Shown here: positions 1 through 12,714 of the stretch, one piece after another | Numbering within the stretch: position 1 is the first letter of the stretch | Layout: each line of letters opens with the position of its first letter | NCBI GenBank assembly: GCA_951406725.2 | Contig: OX597822.1 | Coordinates: 52,576,001 to 52,640,000, forward strand | Source of the DNA: Octopus vulgaris | Lineage: Eukaryota | Reading direction: 5' to 3' | Length of the DNA stretch: 64,000 bases | Notes under the pieces: model-generated | What the model was told of the DNA's origin: nothing | The model's input: only the letters and a program-made list of their open reading frames with translations | The model's database searches: none | Made by a program: the position numbers and the translations under genes

Positions 1-390
1 TACGTAGATGTTATCCATAGGATTTTTGGTCAGCCACACCACTTGACCCCAGGTTAAAAAGAATCGCTTTGTCTGCCACAAGCACAAAACTTTCTCACCT
101 TTTGCTCAGCATAAAAATATATTAATCTCACTTACCAGCGCACATTCTCACCTCTAGCCAAATAAACATTCAGAAACACGGTATTCAACATAACAGCTTT
201 CAGCAATTAACTTTTGTAATGTCGTTAAGTAAATAAATGTGATTCATTAGAAACTAACTATTGAGACTTGGTACATAGCCTAAACAAATACACAAATATG
301 TACACACTTAACCAAGCTGCAACCACATTCAATGTTTCAATGATTTATTTTTACTGTGTATTGTTTCTTACCTCTATTCTCTTGAAACAG

Positions 391-577
391 TAAAAGCTAC
401 ACTGATGGCAACATTGAACCCAGCTTGCTATCTGAGCAAAATGTACCTTCCACAATTACTCACCTCAACCTGAGTCGCCAGAACCTCAATAAACTTAATA
501 TTGCAAAGTTTCTTCCTTCATTGGTTAAACTTGAAGCCAGTTTTAACAACTTCACCAGCCTTGATTTGTTTTATCCA
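391..577 (+). CDS. LRRC9: LRRC9 orthologue, first exon visible in window (internal exon)
   Basis: AG at 389-390, GTGAGT donor at 578; encodes ITHLNLSRQNLNKL...LVKLEASFNNFTSL (LRR pattern). Confidence 0.85.
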
Positions 578-660
578 GTGAGTAACGTAAACAGTTGTTT
601 TTTTCTTTTTCTTTTGTCTTATACTCCTGCAATTGTTCTACTATTATTTACTAGTGTGTG

Positions 661-691
<31 letters not shown>

Positions 692-1019
692 CCTTGTCTT
701 GTCCCCACATGATGATTGTGAATGATCATCACCATCATACAAAGGTTTGTCCGTGTCCAATCTTCTGTGAAAAACATGTGTCAAACCTTGGAGGAATATT
801 ACCTTTCTTGGAAACAGATGAGTGTTGGGGACAAGGAGAGCATCCAGCTGTAAAAAATTTGCCTCAAAGAATTCTATCTGACCCATGCAAGCATGGATAA
901 GTGGACATTAAATGTTGATGATGATCATTCTATGAACAATCTCAAGTTTTAAAGGATTTTTCAACCCACTGCTTTACATATACAAGACCCTAATCTACAT
1001 TACGTTTATAAGACACCCA

Positions 1020-1180
1020 CTAATTATATTACATATATGAAACCTCTACCCTTATTACATATATGAAACCTCTACCATTATTACATAGCTGAGACCCCTT
1101 TCCTTTATAGGAAACCTCTGCCCTATATTACATATATGAGACCCTTCCCTATATTACTTACATGGGACTTTTACCTGTAA
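1020..1180. repeat. Degenerate minisatellite, unit about 25 bp
   Basis: Repeated TATTACATATATGAAACCTCTACC-like units. Confidence 0.6.
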
Positions 1181-1419
1181 TTTTCGTTATAAGTTAATCA
1201 TTGCCCATGACTTTTGAAGACACTTCTACACTAAGGCAATTGATGCAGCTAATATCAAACCTGAACAACTGCAGGTCAATGCCTGTAGTAAAAATATACA
1301 TGTTAGAGTAACTGAGGGTGTATGAATACTTGCAATGGAATGAACTGTATCATGGTATTGTTGTTATCTGCAATACGGCAAAGCTTTACTCCTATATTTA
1401 CCATTGAAATCTGTTTCAG

Positions 1420-1476
1420 TCTTTGGAATATGTAGATGTCAGTTTCAATAAGATCTCAACTCTGGAAGGACTGAAG
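1420..1476 (+). CDS. LRRC9: LRRC9 exon 2 (in window)
   Basis: TTTCAG acceptor; SLEYVDVSFNKISTLEGLK; the in-frame donor reads AAG|TTAAGT (non-canonical). Confidence 0.75.
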
Positions 1477-1488
1477 TTAAGTATATTT

Positions 1489-1866
1489 ACTCTTTTACTC
1501 GTTTCAGTCATTTAACTGTGGCTATGCTGTAGCACCGCCTTTAGTCGAGCAAGTCAACCCCAGGACTTGTTCTATTGGTCTCTTTTGCCGAACCGCTATG
1601 TTACGGGGACGTAAACACACCAGTATCTGTTGTCATGCGATGTTGAGGGGACAAACACAGACACACAAAAATATGCACACACACACATACATATATATAT
1701 ACGACAGGCTTCTTTCAGTTTCCATCTACCAAATCTACTCTAAAGGCTTTGGTTGGCCCGAGGCAATAGTAGAAGACACTTGACCAAGGTGCCACGGAGT
1801 GGGACTGAACCCGGAACCATGTGGTTCGTAAGCAAGCTACTTACCACACAGCCACTCCTATGCCTA
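1489..1866 (-). mobile_element. tRNA-derived SINE, family A (internal TA/CA microsatellite)
   Basis: Near-identical copies at 5935-6352(-), 22495-22845(-), 23530-24105(-, split), 27203-27603(+), 40334-40748(+), 53390-53780(+), 56920-57312(+); A box GTGGCTGTGTGG, B box GGTTCAGTCCC. Confidence 0.85.
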
Positions 1867-1889
1867 TCAATATTGTCTGTGGCACATAA

Positions 1890-2066
1890 AATCACCCACT
1901 ACACTCTCGGAGTGGTTGGCATTAGGAAGGGCATCCAGCTGTAGAAACACTGCCAGATCTGACTGGCCTGGTGCAGCCTTCGAGCTTGCCAGACCCCAGT
2001 TGAACCGTCCAACCCATGCTAGCATGGAAAGCGGACGTTAAACGATGATGATGATGATGATGATGA
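1890..2066 (+). mobile_element. SINE/RTE-tail family B ending in (GAT)n
   Basis: GGAAGGGCATCCAGCTGTAGAAA...ACGTTAAACGATGATGAT; copies at about 13635-13795, 33590-33790, 35100-35510, 44399-44600, 60103-60520, 61590-62005; shares its 3' end with the RTE LINE fragments. Confidence 0.8.
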
Positions 2067-2396
2067 TATATATTAAGTATACTGTCTATTAAAATAGTAA
2101 AATAGATGCTACCATAGTTGATGTAGTAAGACAATAAATTTTAATTAGAATTAACAATTAATGATGAGAACATGTTATTATCTTAATGAATAATTCATGT
2201 CATATATTACATGTATGTATGTATGTATGTAGGTAGGTAGGTAGGAAGGTAGGTAGGTAGGCAGGCAGGCAGGCAGGCAGGCAAGTAGGAACGAACGAAT
2301 GAATAAATGTATGAATGAATGAATGATAAGTATATATATGTATGTATATATATATGTATATATATGTATATGTATATATATGTATATATATGTATA

Positions 2397-2437
<41 letters not shown>

Positions 2438-2535
2438 AGAGAGAGAGAGAGATACACAGACACACACATTATATACATATATATATATATGCGCTTACTC
2501 TGACAAATATATGACAAATGTCATCTGTTTTTCAG

Positions 2536-2667
2536 GATCTATCAAATTTGAAATATTTTGATTTAAGCTGGAATTGCCTGACAGATTTCACTTATTCTCT
2601 CAATGTTCTGAAGCAGAGTGCCCTTAATCTCGACAAACTGAATGTCGCTTACAACCATTGGCATGAG
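2536..2667 (+). CDS. LRRC9: LRRC9 exon 3
   Basis: TTTTCAG acceptor, GAG|GTATAT donor; DLSNLKYFDLSWNCL...LDKLNVAYNHWHE. Confidence 0.9.
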
Positions 2668-4237
2668 GTATATATGAAATAAAATTCTTCATTTTTTTTT
2701 TTTAATTATATTATCTGTGCACCACATTCACCCTTCCTGTTACCCATAACCAACCAACAAAACAAATATCAAGGTGCGACTGTTTGTACAATGTATCGTT
2801 TGTTTGATTGAGTGGGAGTGGAGCACCAGGCTGATAATTGGAAGGCATGGAGGTCAGTGGGTAATGCTGGAGTAGAACCTTTTGAAATTGAATGCAGGTG
2901 TAGTGACGCCAGGTTTTAGACGCCATTTTGGGATGTTCATCTGCGCATGAGCAATGTTTGGTGTCTTCCGGTAAGCCTGCTGGAAGTCCCCTATGCACAT
3001 GCGCAGTAATCAGCATCAGTTAGCTTTTCCCCTCCATTCCAACTCTCTTAGCTCTTGGCAGTCGATGAATTAAGACGTGACCCAACAAGGCTCCAAGCGG
3101 AGGCGAACCAGACTCGGCAGGCGGTGAAGACTGTTTCAACCATGGTGGTTTAATCCGACTCTGCTGTTTTCCTAACCCTGGCATTCACGCTACCAATGTC
3201 CAGCGATGAAATATCTCCTTCGGTGAAAATGATAAACTATTATTGTTATTTGTTCAGCGATTCGTGTTCCTGCCGTTTTATTCCTTTCTACAACATTGTA
3301 GGGAAATGTGTGAAGCACCCAACAAGTGCAGAGATCACACATAGATAGAATACAATCCTACACAGACAACTACACGAAAAGAAGCGGAGACGTCATCATC
3401 AACCCCCTGCAGCTTTTGTTCAGGGTCATTTTCAGTGCTCCCAATGCCACAGGATCTGCCTATCTCATATCAGTCCTGTCCAGCCATGTCTGCCCCTATG
3501 AGAAGCAATGTGGAGTACTGTCTCGAAAGTAATGACAGCCAATGTGGAGGAGGAGGAGGAATGTCTTGAATCAGTGCTGTGGTCACCTTTGATGGGTTGT
3601 CATAAACAAATGGTGCTGTGGGTGGTGGCTTTGTGCTCGGTTTTGAGAGGCTAAAAATTATGATTGAAGGATAGGAACCGGCGTCTTGCTATAGAGGAAA
3701 TAAATGGCTACTCTGGCTGAAAGGGAAAGAAGATAGTAGTGATGAGGTGTCAGGACATATCATCAAGGTACAGAAGGTGAATATAAGGGAGTATAGGAGC
3801 AGAGGATTAGGTAGAGTGAGTGCGTCAGTTCATGAGAATGCAAAAGTTGAATGACAGATGATTAAAGATGGAACAGAGGTGATTGCTGCGACAGATGATT
3901 AAAGATGGAACAGAGGTGAATGCAGAGATTGATAATTATGGGTGGAGACATGGTCAGTAGTGAATATCAATTTAGTAATATACACACGTACACATGCATG
4001 CACACACGCACACACACACACACACACACACACGCACATGCATACACACACTCACAATCACACACAAACACTAACACACACACATGCAAACACACACACA
4101 CAGACATAAACACACACATGCACAAACTATCACACTAAAAGGAATACCATACATGTACGTGAGCCATACAGGGCGCCAACATATTCAGTTTTATTCCTTT
4201 TTAATCCATCTCGGGATTTCTTTTACCGTCATTTCAG

Positions 4238-4504
4238 CCCCATGATTTACGGATTCAGCTACTTTTCTACCTGAAAAATCTCGAAGCTATCAACGGCATA
4301 GAAGTAAGCAATGACGAGAGACAGCGTGTGGTGGCTCTTACCAAACGCTACCAAACGCGAATGGCTCTGCTGAAGCGCCGGTGTCGCCTGGATATCAGGT
4401 CTCCAAGAATACTGAGCCTGCACAATAAAGCTCAAGTCTTAGTGGAGTCCAGCAAATGTGTGTTCCAGACCATCGATATCGCTGAGGATCAAATGTTTTT
4501 AAAG
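4238..4504 (+). CDS. LRRC9: LRRC9 exon 4
   Basis: PHDLRIQLLFYLKNLEAINGIEV...SPRILSL; resembles the recalled vertebrate LRRC9 segment [20 protein letters not shown]...PRILSI; AG/GT, phase 0. Confidence 0.88.
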
Positions 4505-4544
4505 GTTGTCAATGAAACCCACTTGTAACGTACTTACTATTTGT

Positions 4545-5230
4545 CTTGTCTATCTCTGTCCCTCTCTCACTCTTTCTCCCCCCTTTCTTTCTCTTTTCTT
4601 TTCCCCCACCCCCATCACTTATTCTCACTCTCTTTGACTCTTTCTGTCTTCTTCCCTCTCCACATTCCTTTCCTTCTTTCCTTTCTGTTTTTCCATTACA
4701 TCCATACAGTTTCCTTTTCACTTGCTCTCTTTCATTTCCAATCTGTTTCACTCTCCTCTTCTCTTTCTCTCCTTCTCTCTCTCTCTAATTCACTTCTCTT
4801 TTTCTCCCTGTCTCTCATCACTTTTTTCTCTCTGTTTCTTCTTTTCCATATTTTCACCCTTTCCCTCCTATACCTCATTTCTCCCCCTTTCTCACTTCAC
4901 CCACCCCCTCTTTCTCCCCTTCTCTCCTTACTCTTCTCTTCTTTCTCTCTTCTTTGTCTCTATCACCTTTTCTCTTATGCTCTATTTCCTCTCTCTCTCT
5001 CTCTAATTCACTTCTCTTTTTCTCCCTGTCTCTCATCACTTTTTCTCTCTTTTTCTTTTTTTTTCCATATTTTCACCTCTTTCCCTCCCATACCTCATTT
5101 CTCCCTCTTTCTCACTTCACCCACCCCGTCTTTCTCCCCTTCTCTCCTTACCCTTCTCTTCTTCTTCCTCCTCTCTTCTTTGTCTCTATTACCTTTTCTC
5201 TTATGCTCTATTTCCTCTCTCTCTCTTACC
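4545..5230. repeat. Pyrimidine-rich tract containing a tandem duplication of about 220 bp
   Basis: CTCTCTAATTCACTTCTCTTTTTCTCCCTG at 4781 and about 4999. Confidence 0.8.
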
Positions 5231-5236
5231 CTCCAG

Positions 5237-5347
5237 ATCACCTCCCTGTGCCTTGATCACTGTTACCTGCAGGACTTAACTATTGTTGGCAAACTACTCT
5301 TACTGAGGTGGCTGTCTTTGGATGGAAATCAACTAACCACTTTACAT
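5237..5347 (+). CDS. LRRC9: LRRC9 exon 5
   Basis: ITSLCLDHCYLQDL...LRWLSLDGNQLTTLH; CTCCAG acceptor, GTAGGT donor. Confidence 0.88.
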
Positions 5348-5406
5348 GTAGGTAGCACAACTCTCCTCTCTTCAGAGACCATAATACTACTTCTACTACT
5401 ACTACC

Positions 5407-5437
<31 letters not shown>

Positions 5438-5622
5438 TTACTACCACCACAACTACCACCACAACTACCACCATCATCACTGCCACTAATACTACCACTA
5501 CTAACAGCACCATTACCACCACCACCACCACTACTACTACTACTACTACCACTACTGGGCTCACAACTGTAGGGTTATGGATTTGTTTCATAAACTAGAT
5601 AACATGTTAAGTCGTTGATTAA

Positions 5623-6147
5623 CACTTTAGCATTTAACCTTTAAGCATTCAGATTACTCTGTCGAATTTAATGATTATTTATTCACATTGTTTTGAATTA
5701 ATCACGCATTATCTCGTGGCTTCAAGATTTCGATGATGTGACTATTTATTTTTAGAATGACGGGTGTAGGATATTGGATCTGGTCCATTTGAACATGAAG
5801 CAGGCAGAATATTGTGGCTGGATATAGCCATTTTAAATGCTTTGGGATTAAACCAGCTATTTTTGGCCAAAATATACTACCTGTCTTATGTTCAAATTGG
5901 CAAGAGCCAACCTCTCACACCTGTGATATAAAGTCTCTTTTACTTGTTTCCGTCATTTGACTGTGGCCATGCTGGAGCACCGCCTTTAGTCGAGCAAATC
6001 GACCCCAGGACTTATTCTTTGTAAGCCTAGTACGTATTCTATCGGTCTCTTTTGCCGAACCGCTAAGTTACGGGGACCTAAACACACCAGCATTGGTTGT
6101 CAAGCGACGTTGGGGGGGGGGGGACAAACACAGACACACAAATATAT

Positions 6148-6188
<41 letters not shown>

Positions 6189-6489
6189 CGACAGGCTTCT
6201 TTCAGTTTCTGTCTACCAAATCCACTCACAAGGCTTTGGTCGGCCTGAGGCTATAGTAGAAGACACTTGCCCAAGGTGCCATGCAGTGGGACTGAACCCA
6301 GAACCATGTGGTTGGTAAGCAAGCTACTTACTACACAGCCACTCCTGCGCCTAAAAATAAACAATGTCATTTTAAGAATAAACAATCACATCATCAAAAT
6401 CTCAAAGCTACAAGATAAGGCATGATTATTTCAAAACAATGTGAATAAATAACCATTAAATTTGACAAAATAATCTGTAAGTGAAAGGG
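5623..6489. mobile_element. Nested piggyBac-type MITEs plus a SINE
   Basis: TTAA-bounded outer copy; an opposite-orientation copy (5638-5847) inserted in its TTAA; SINE A inside. Confidence 0.7.
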
Positions 6490-7187
6490 TTAACACTTCA
6501 TTTCAGGTTGTTGCAGTACAGTTAACTAAAAAAATAAGTCCTAGAAGTAATTGGAAGTGGGTTTAATTCTGTGATGGAATGGTGTCCTGTTCAGTGAAGT
6601 TGGTCTTGTACTCTGAAATCCTTAAATGCCATGGAAATTGGGATAAACTCTTGCCAATGAATCTGTAAAATCAAGATAGATTTATCCACTGTTTACTCCC
6701 ATGAATTACACCTATCAGTAGCACAAATTCACATCTGTTAGGAGATAAGATCCCTGTTTACTGACATAATACAGAGACAACATCCAAATATGAACGACTG
6801 ACCTGCAGGTACCATGTCAATTTGACCATTTGTAGCTTCTTTTACACAGGACCCTGACCAAAAACATCATAACTCATCTCACACACAACATACAAATGTA
6901 TTTTATGAATGCTAAATTCTGCAATTATCTAAGGATTGGAGGAGAGATTAATATACTTGAAATCATTATCAACATCATTGTTTAAGGTCTCTTAAATGAT
7001 TCTGATCAAAACATCATTATTCATCACATGTAGTAACATATAAATATATGTAATGAGTTTTATCATCTGTAATTTTCTAGGAGAGATAATCATCATCATC
7101 ATCATCATTTAATGTTTCCTTTTCTATACTGGCAAAAATATTAATTTTTGATTTTTACTGGCGGAGGTTCTTTTATTTTAATTTTAG

Positions 7188-7475
7188 TGTCTGAAACAGT
7201 GCCTTTGTCTTGAAGAAATCTCAGCTGCCAACAACTGCATCAATCAGCTCGGAGATATTTCACAGTTGGTAAAATTACAGAAGCTGCATCTATCACACAA
7301 CTATTTAGAAAAACTAAATGCAAGTTGCCTGACAAATTTGGTCAAACTGTCCTATCTATCATTAGAAAGTAACCTGTTTACTAGTCTGGAAAACTTCAAC
7401 AAACTTACAAATCTTCAACAACTATATTTGACCAACAACAAAATAACTAATCCCAGAGAAATCATCAGTGTTAAG
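7188..7475 (+). CDS. LRRC9: LRRC9 exon 6
   Basis: Four LRRs (CLEEISAANNCI...LSLESNLF...LYLTNNKI); TTTTAG acceptor, GTAAAA donor. Confidence 0.92.
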
Positions 7476-7647
7476 GTAAAAATATAAAATATTCCTTTTT
7501 TTTTAAATAAACTTATTTTCAAATTTAAAACTAAATGAAAACTGATTGGGAGTTGCAATGACAAATGGTGTCTTCCACTGTAGCTTCAGATTGGAGAGTG
7601 TGTGTGTGTGTTTGTATGGATCCATACATGTATACATATATATATAT

Positions 7648-8758
7648 ATCATCATCATCATCATTTAACATCCATCTTGCATACATGCTTGGGTAGGACA
7701 GTTGATAGGAGCCAGCCAGGTAGACAACTACCAAAGCTACTGTGTCTGTTTTGGCATGGTTTTATGGCTGGATGCCCTTCCTAACACCAACCACCCTGCA
7801 GAGTGGACTGTATGCTTTTTATGTGGCACCAGTACAGGCGAGGTCAGTTTTGGCATGATTTTCACTGCTGGTTGCCCTTCCAAATGCCAACCACTTTGCA
7901 GTGTGGACTGGTTGCTTTTTACATGGCACTAACACCGACAGGATCACCAATTAACTTGCAAGACAAGGAATTATGAGAGGGGGAGGATATCTTGTATCAG
8001 ATGATGAAAGATTAGGGTGTGACAGAGAAGCAGAAACAGGTGTCTTGCCATAGAGGAGGTACATGGTTACCTGGCCAGAGAGAGGGGGGAGGAAAAGAGA
8101 GAGAGAGGGGGGGAGAGTAATACGAGAAAGAGGACAGAAACAGGTGTGCCAATGTAAAGGAGATACTTGGTTATCTAGCTAGAGGGGAAAAGCAAGAGGA
8201 AAGAGAGAGTGATCAAGAGTGAGGGCAGAAATAGGTGTGCACAGCACATCACCAAAGGTCTCAGTCACTAGTCATTGTCTCTGTGAGGCTCAAAGTTCAA
8301 AGATCATATTTCACCACCTCATCCCATATCTTCTTGGGTCTACGTCTGCCACAGGTTCCCTCCACAGTTAGAGATCGGCACTTCTTTACACAGCTGTCCT
8401 CATCCATATGCATCACATGACCATATCAGTGCAGTCATCTCTCTTGCACACCACATCTGATTCCTCTTGGGCCTAACTTTTCTCTCTAGATGCTTACACT
8501 CTCTCGAACATGCACACTGACATTGCACATCCAGGGAAGCATACAGGCTTCATTTCTTCCAAGCCTACACATGTCCTCGGTTGTCATAGCCCATGTTTCA
8601 CTGCCATGTAGCATAGCCGTTCACACACAGGCATCAAACAATCTGTCTTTCATTCTAAGAGAGAGGCCCTTTGTTGCCAGCAGGGGTTGGAGCTCTCTGA
8701 ACTTTGCCCAGCTTAATCTTATTCTCACAGCTAAGATTAGGCAGGGCAAAGTTCAGAG
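7648..8758 (-). mobile_element. RTE-clade LINE 3' fragment
   Basis: ORF end RRRPKKIWDEVVKYDL on the minus strand, (GAT)n tail; short inversion at the 5' junction. Confidence 0.7.
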
Positions 8759-9460
8759 CATATCCATTCAAAACTATATTATACCATACTTACAAAAACA
8801 CTATATTTACAGAAAGGCTTTGACAGTAGAAAATTTTGAGGCAAGTTTTTTTTATAGCCAGATGCACTTCCTGTCACTAACTCTTACATGTTTTTTGAGT
8901 AAGGGATTTGTATTTCAAAGTAACTTGAAAGCACAGAGTTAGTGGATGACTTGTTGACAGAAATTGTCAACAAACTCCACTGATTGGAATCCAGCCATGA
9001 ATAATGACATCACCATTTGTAACTGAGTTGTAAACAGTGATGTCCCTCCCCATCTGTGCCTGCAGCTGGGCATAGTTTTGTAAACATTCACACAATCATG
9101 CATGCACAAATATGGGCTTCTTTCAGTTTCCATCCACCAAATTCTTTCACAAGGCATTGGTCAGCCCAATGCAATTGTAGAAGACACTTGCTGACAATGT
9201 TATGCAATAGAGTGAATCCAAAGCAACGTAATCTAGAAACAACCTTCTTTACTATAGAGCCATCCTGAAAGATTTATTTGTAATCAACATTACTCTAGAA
9301 GCTTTTTTATCAATATTCATATCAAACTAAGTTCCATAAAGTTTTTCTTGTTTCCCATTGTTCTTTATCAGTATATCAAGGATATTTTTATACCTCTTAG
9401 TCCAATTTACTGTCGTTTTAATTCTCTCACTTCACACACTGTTTCCCTGTCAACCATTAA

Positions 9461-10528
9461 CCCTTTTGTTACCAAACCGCCCAAAAAAAATTTGGGTTAA
9501 TGTGACCAAACCGCCCAAACCCGCCCGTATTTACCTATTCATATTTAAATGAGAATATCAGAGCAAATCTCTTTAGTACATTCATGAAAACACGTATTAT
9601 ACTTCGTAAAGAGTTCAACTACAGTTTTGTACAAAAATCCAAGTGTAATTTTAATTCCGTGAATTTTGGGAGATTTTTTTCCGAAATTTGTTCCTATTGT
9701 GTTTTGAAAATTTGTAATTCTGACAAAAAATGGATACGAATTTCATTATATCAAGCAGCGAGTCAGAATTCGAAGGATTTTCTACTGAAGACCTTCATAA
9801 ATCTAACTCTATGACTGAAAAAAAAAGCACATGGTATTTGATAATGAATCTGATGTTTCATTTTCCGAAAGTGAAAACAGTGAATCCGAGAGCTCCGACA
9901 GCGATAAAGAAAATGAATTGGCACCTGAATGGAGGGAAAATTTAAAAACTGTTTCTTTCGGTGATTTTTCTGAAGAAACTGGACCAAGCTACAGACTTTC
10001 CCAGAAGAGTAAAGCCATAGACTATTTCTTTTTACTTTTTCGAATGAGCCTATTTGAAATTATTACGGCGGAAACGAACCGTTACACTAAATGTAAACAA
10101 AACGAAAGAAAGGATAGTTTGTGGTTTCCCATAACCTTAAATGAAATTAAGACTATTTTGCCATAAATATTACTATGGGTATCAGAAAGTTACCCAGAAT
10201 AACAAATTCTATCATAAAATTTTGTTGTATACCCAATTGAATATTAGCTAATTTTCTATAGCGATGTTTGAACAAAATTTTAATGATTTTATATTTTGTT
10301 GAATTTACCTGTATCTACCTGCAATTAGAGTCACTTTGTGACAAAAAATATAGTATAGAATTGGTTGAGAACATTTCATTAAATTATCTTCCAAAATTCA
10401 CGTTAATATATTGATAAATAAAAAAGTTATAGTTGTTTAATGAAACCAAACTAAATTTATGATTATGTTAGAAATTAATTGAAACACATAAGGGGTGTAT
10501 TTTGGTCAGAAATATAGTAACAAAAGGG
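9461..10528 (+). mobile_element. Internally deleted piggyBac transposon
   Basis: TTAA|CCCTTTTGTTAC...GTAACAAAAGGG|TTAA; frameshifted acidic N-terminus and DYFFLLF..LFEIITAETNRY..W.PITLNEIK (PGBD-like). Confidence 0.88.
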
Positions 10529-10672
10529 TTAAGAGCAGTATGATAAACAACCTCATCCATTTACTCACTTTCATTTTACTTTTACTGTCACTCCATTTCC
10601 ATTAGAACAAATAAATACACTTTGTTAATTGCTATATGTGAATTATCACTGTTATTATTTACTATTCCTTAG

Positions 10673-10795
10673 AACTTGAAGAACTTAACTATTGCTCATT
10701 TCTCTGGAAATCCAATGATTGAGGAACATGAGGATTACCGTTCCTATGTTATTTTCCATTTACGAGGATTGCATCTCTTAGATGGCATCCCTGTG
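10673..10795 (+). CDS. LRRC9: LRRC9 exon 7
   Basis: GNPMIEEHEDYRSYVIFHLRGLHLLDGIPV (LRRcap motif; human [20 protein letters not shown] as recalled); GTAAGT donor. Confidence 0.93.
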
Positions 10796-11537
10796 GTAAG
10801 TTTCATTCATTTGTTTCAGTATATATACCAGTAGGAAGCAGCCAAGCCATCTAAAACAATTTTAGGAAGATCAGTAAGATAAAACATCAGGCGTAAATCC
10901 TCGTATAGATATTGGTGTATATTTGTACATATGTATATATTTGTACATATGTATATATATGTACATGTTGCTTCTACGCATGGACTTGTGTGTATGAAGA
11001 AGAACAATATTGTAACAATCCTGGTCTAACTGTATGTTTTATATACATATATATATATCTGTTTGTATTGATTGTGGTTTTAAAATTTATAAAATTAAAT
11101 CTACCATAATGAATTGTTTATATTGTATCATAATATATAATATATTGGCATCTACTATAATATGTATTGTGAAGTGAAGATTACTCTAAATCTAATAATA
11201 TTGTTATTATTAATAAATATAATAATAATAATAATGATAATAATGATAATAATAATAATAGTAATAATTAAATATTTTTTATGTAGTCTTGAGCATGGAC
11301 GTATGTATATGTTCCAGTATATATGTATATATATGTATATGACAAATGGTCTATTTGCTTGGATCTATTGTTTAATTGTGCCTATTTATGTATTTATACA
11401 CATGTAAAGGTGTATATACTTTGCTTATGTATGTATATATATATGTGTGTATGTGTATATGGATATTTGTTTATATTTATATATTAAATTGTATGTGTAT
11501 CATGTTTCATGTATTTATATTTTGAAAGTTCTTTATA

Positions 11538-11665
11538 ATCTCTGACGAGGCCTATGGTTATATATAAGTAGCCCATTTTTAAATGCCTACAACCTCAATA
11601 TAATTGACAACTATTGGCACAGAAAAAAACTACTTTTATCCATAGGCTGAAACAGCTGTAAGAGT
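11538..11665 (+). ncRNA. Type I hammerhead-ribozyme-like motif with extended stem II
   Basis: TCT-CTGACGA-GGCCTATGG...CCATAGGCT-GAAA-CAGCT-GTA-AGA. Confidence 0.65.
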
Positions 11666-12033
11666 GATTTTAATGATTTCAGTAATTTATATTAAGATTT
11701 TATAATTGTATTCTTATCTTATATGTATTGAATTATAACGTATATATGTATGTTATTAAGGTTCCCGTTTTTGTTAAATAAATAAATAAGTCAACATTCT
11801 AATATCCTAAAGCTGATGAACCAACTAAATTGTTTCTCCATTTTGTTATTTATATTATATATGCATATATATATATATATATATATATATGCATATATAC
11901 ATACATATATATATTCATATATGCATACATATATGTACATACTTACATATATATGTATATGTATATATATATATTTCGCTTTGGGATTTGGTTTGCAAGA
12001 TTCCTTATAGGAGTTTGTGAGTTGAAGCATATT

Positions 12034-12291
12034 CTGTTGTGTCTGGGGAGAGTCATTTTCTTTTTGTGCCTTATAATTTAACACACTCACCAGTAAAATT
12101 TTCACTTATTTTTTTTTTTATTTTCCTAAAATTTTCATTGCATCTTGCAACCTTTTCAATAGTCTTGACTCTTGAAAAGGTTGCAAGATGCAACAAAAAT
12201 TTTAGGAAAATAAAAATAAGTGGAAATTTTACTGGTGAGTGTGTTAAATTATAAGGCACAAAAAGAAAATGACTCTCCCCAGACACAACAG
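12034..12291. repeat. Near-perfect 258 bp palindrome
   Basis: Arms CTGTTGTGTCTGGGGAGAGTC... and ...GACTCTCCCCAGACACAACAG, centre about 12165. Confidence 0.9.
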
Positions 12292-12714
12292 TATATTTAT
12301 ATATATATATGCATATATGGGTACAGAACATGACAAAATGTAAACAACATGAAATACGAAAACGATATGAATTATGAAATACGGAAACAACATGAAATAC
12401 GAAGGAAAACTTGGGTATGTTAAGAACAAGAAAAAAATGGAAAACAAGACAAGTAACCTAAAGAGGGACCCTTCATCAGTTGTCGGCTGTTCAGTTACTC
12501 CACATTTCAAGCAGGAGTAGAAGAACAGCTGACAACTGATGAAGGGTTGTTCGTTATGTTACTTGTCTTGTTTTCCATTTGTTTTTCTCTTTGTTTGCAT
12601 ACCCGAGTTTGCCTTCGTATTTTATAATTCATGTTGTTTTCGTATTTCCGGTTGTTTACATTTTGTGACGTCCTGTACCCATATATATATATATATTATA
12701 TATATATATATATA

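Noticed and set aside
1020-1180. CRISPR-like spacing
   Set aside because: Tandem degenerate units with no unique spacers, in a eukaryotic context with no cas genes.
2899-3295. Possible solo LTR (TG...CA)
   Set aside because: No TSD and no second copy in the window.
4541-5572. 343 aa ORF, the longest in the track
   Set aside because: Stop-free only because of the C/T-rich and (CTA/CCA)n low-complexity sequence; only 5237-5347 is a real exon.
12476-12550. Inverted CTGATGAAGGG motifs
   Set aside because: No closing stem II plus GAAA could be assigned; kept only as part of the inverted repeat.
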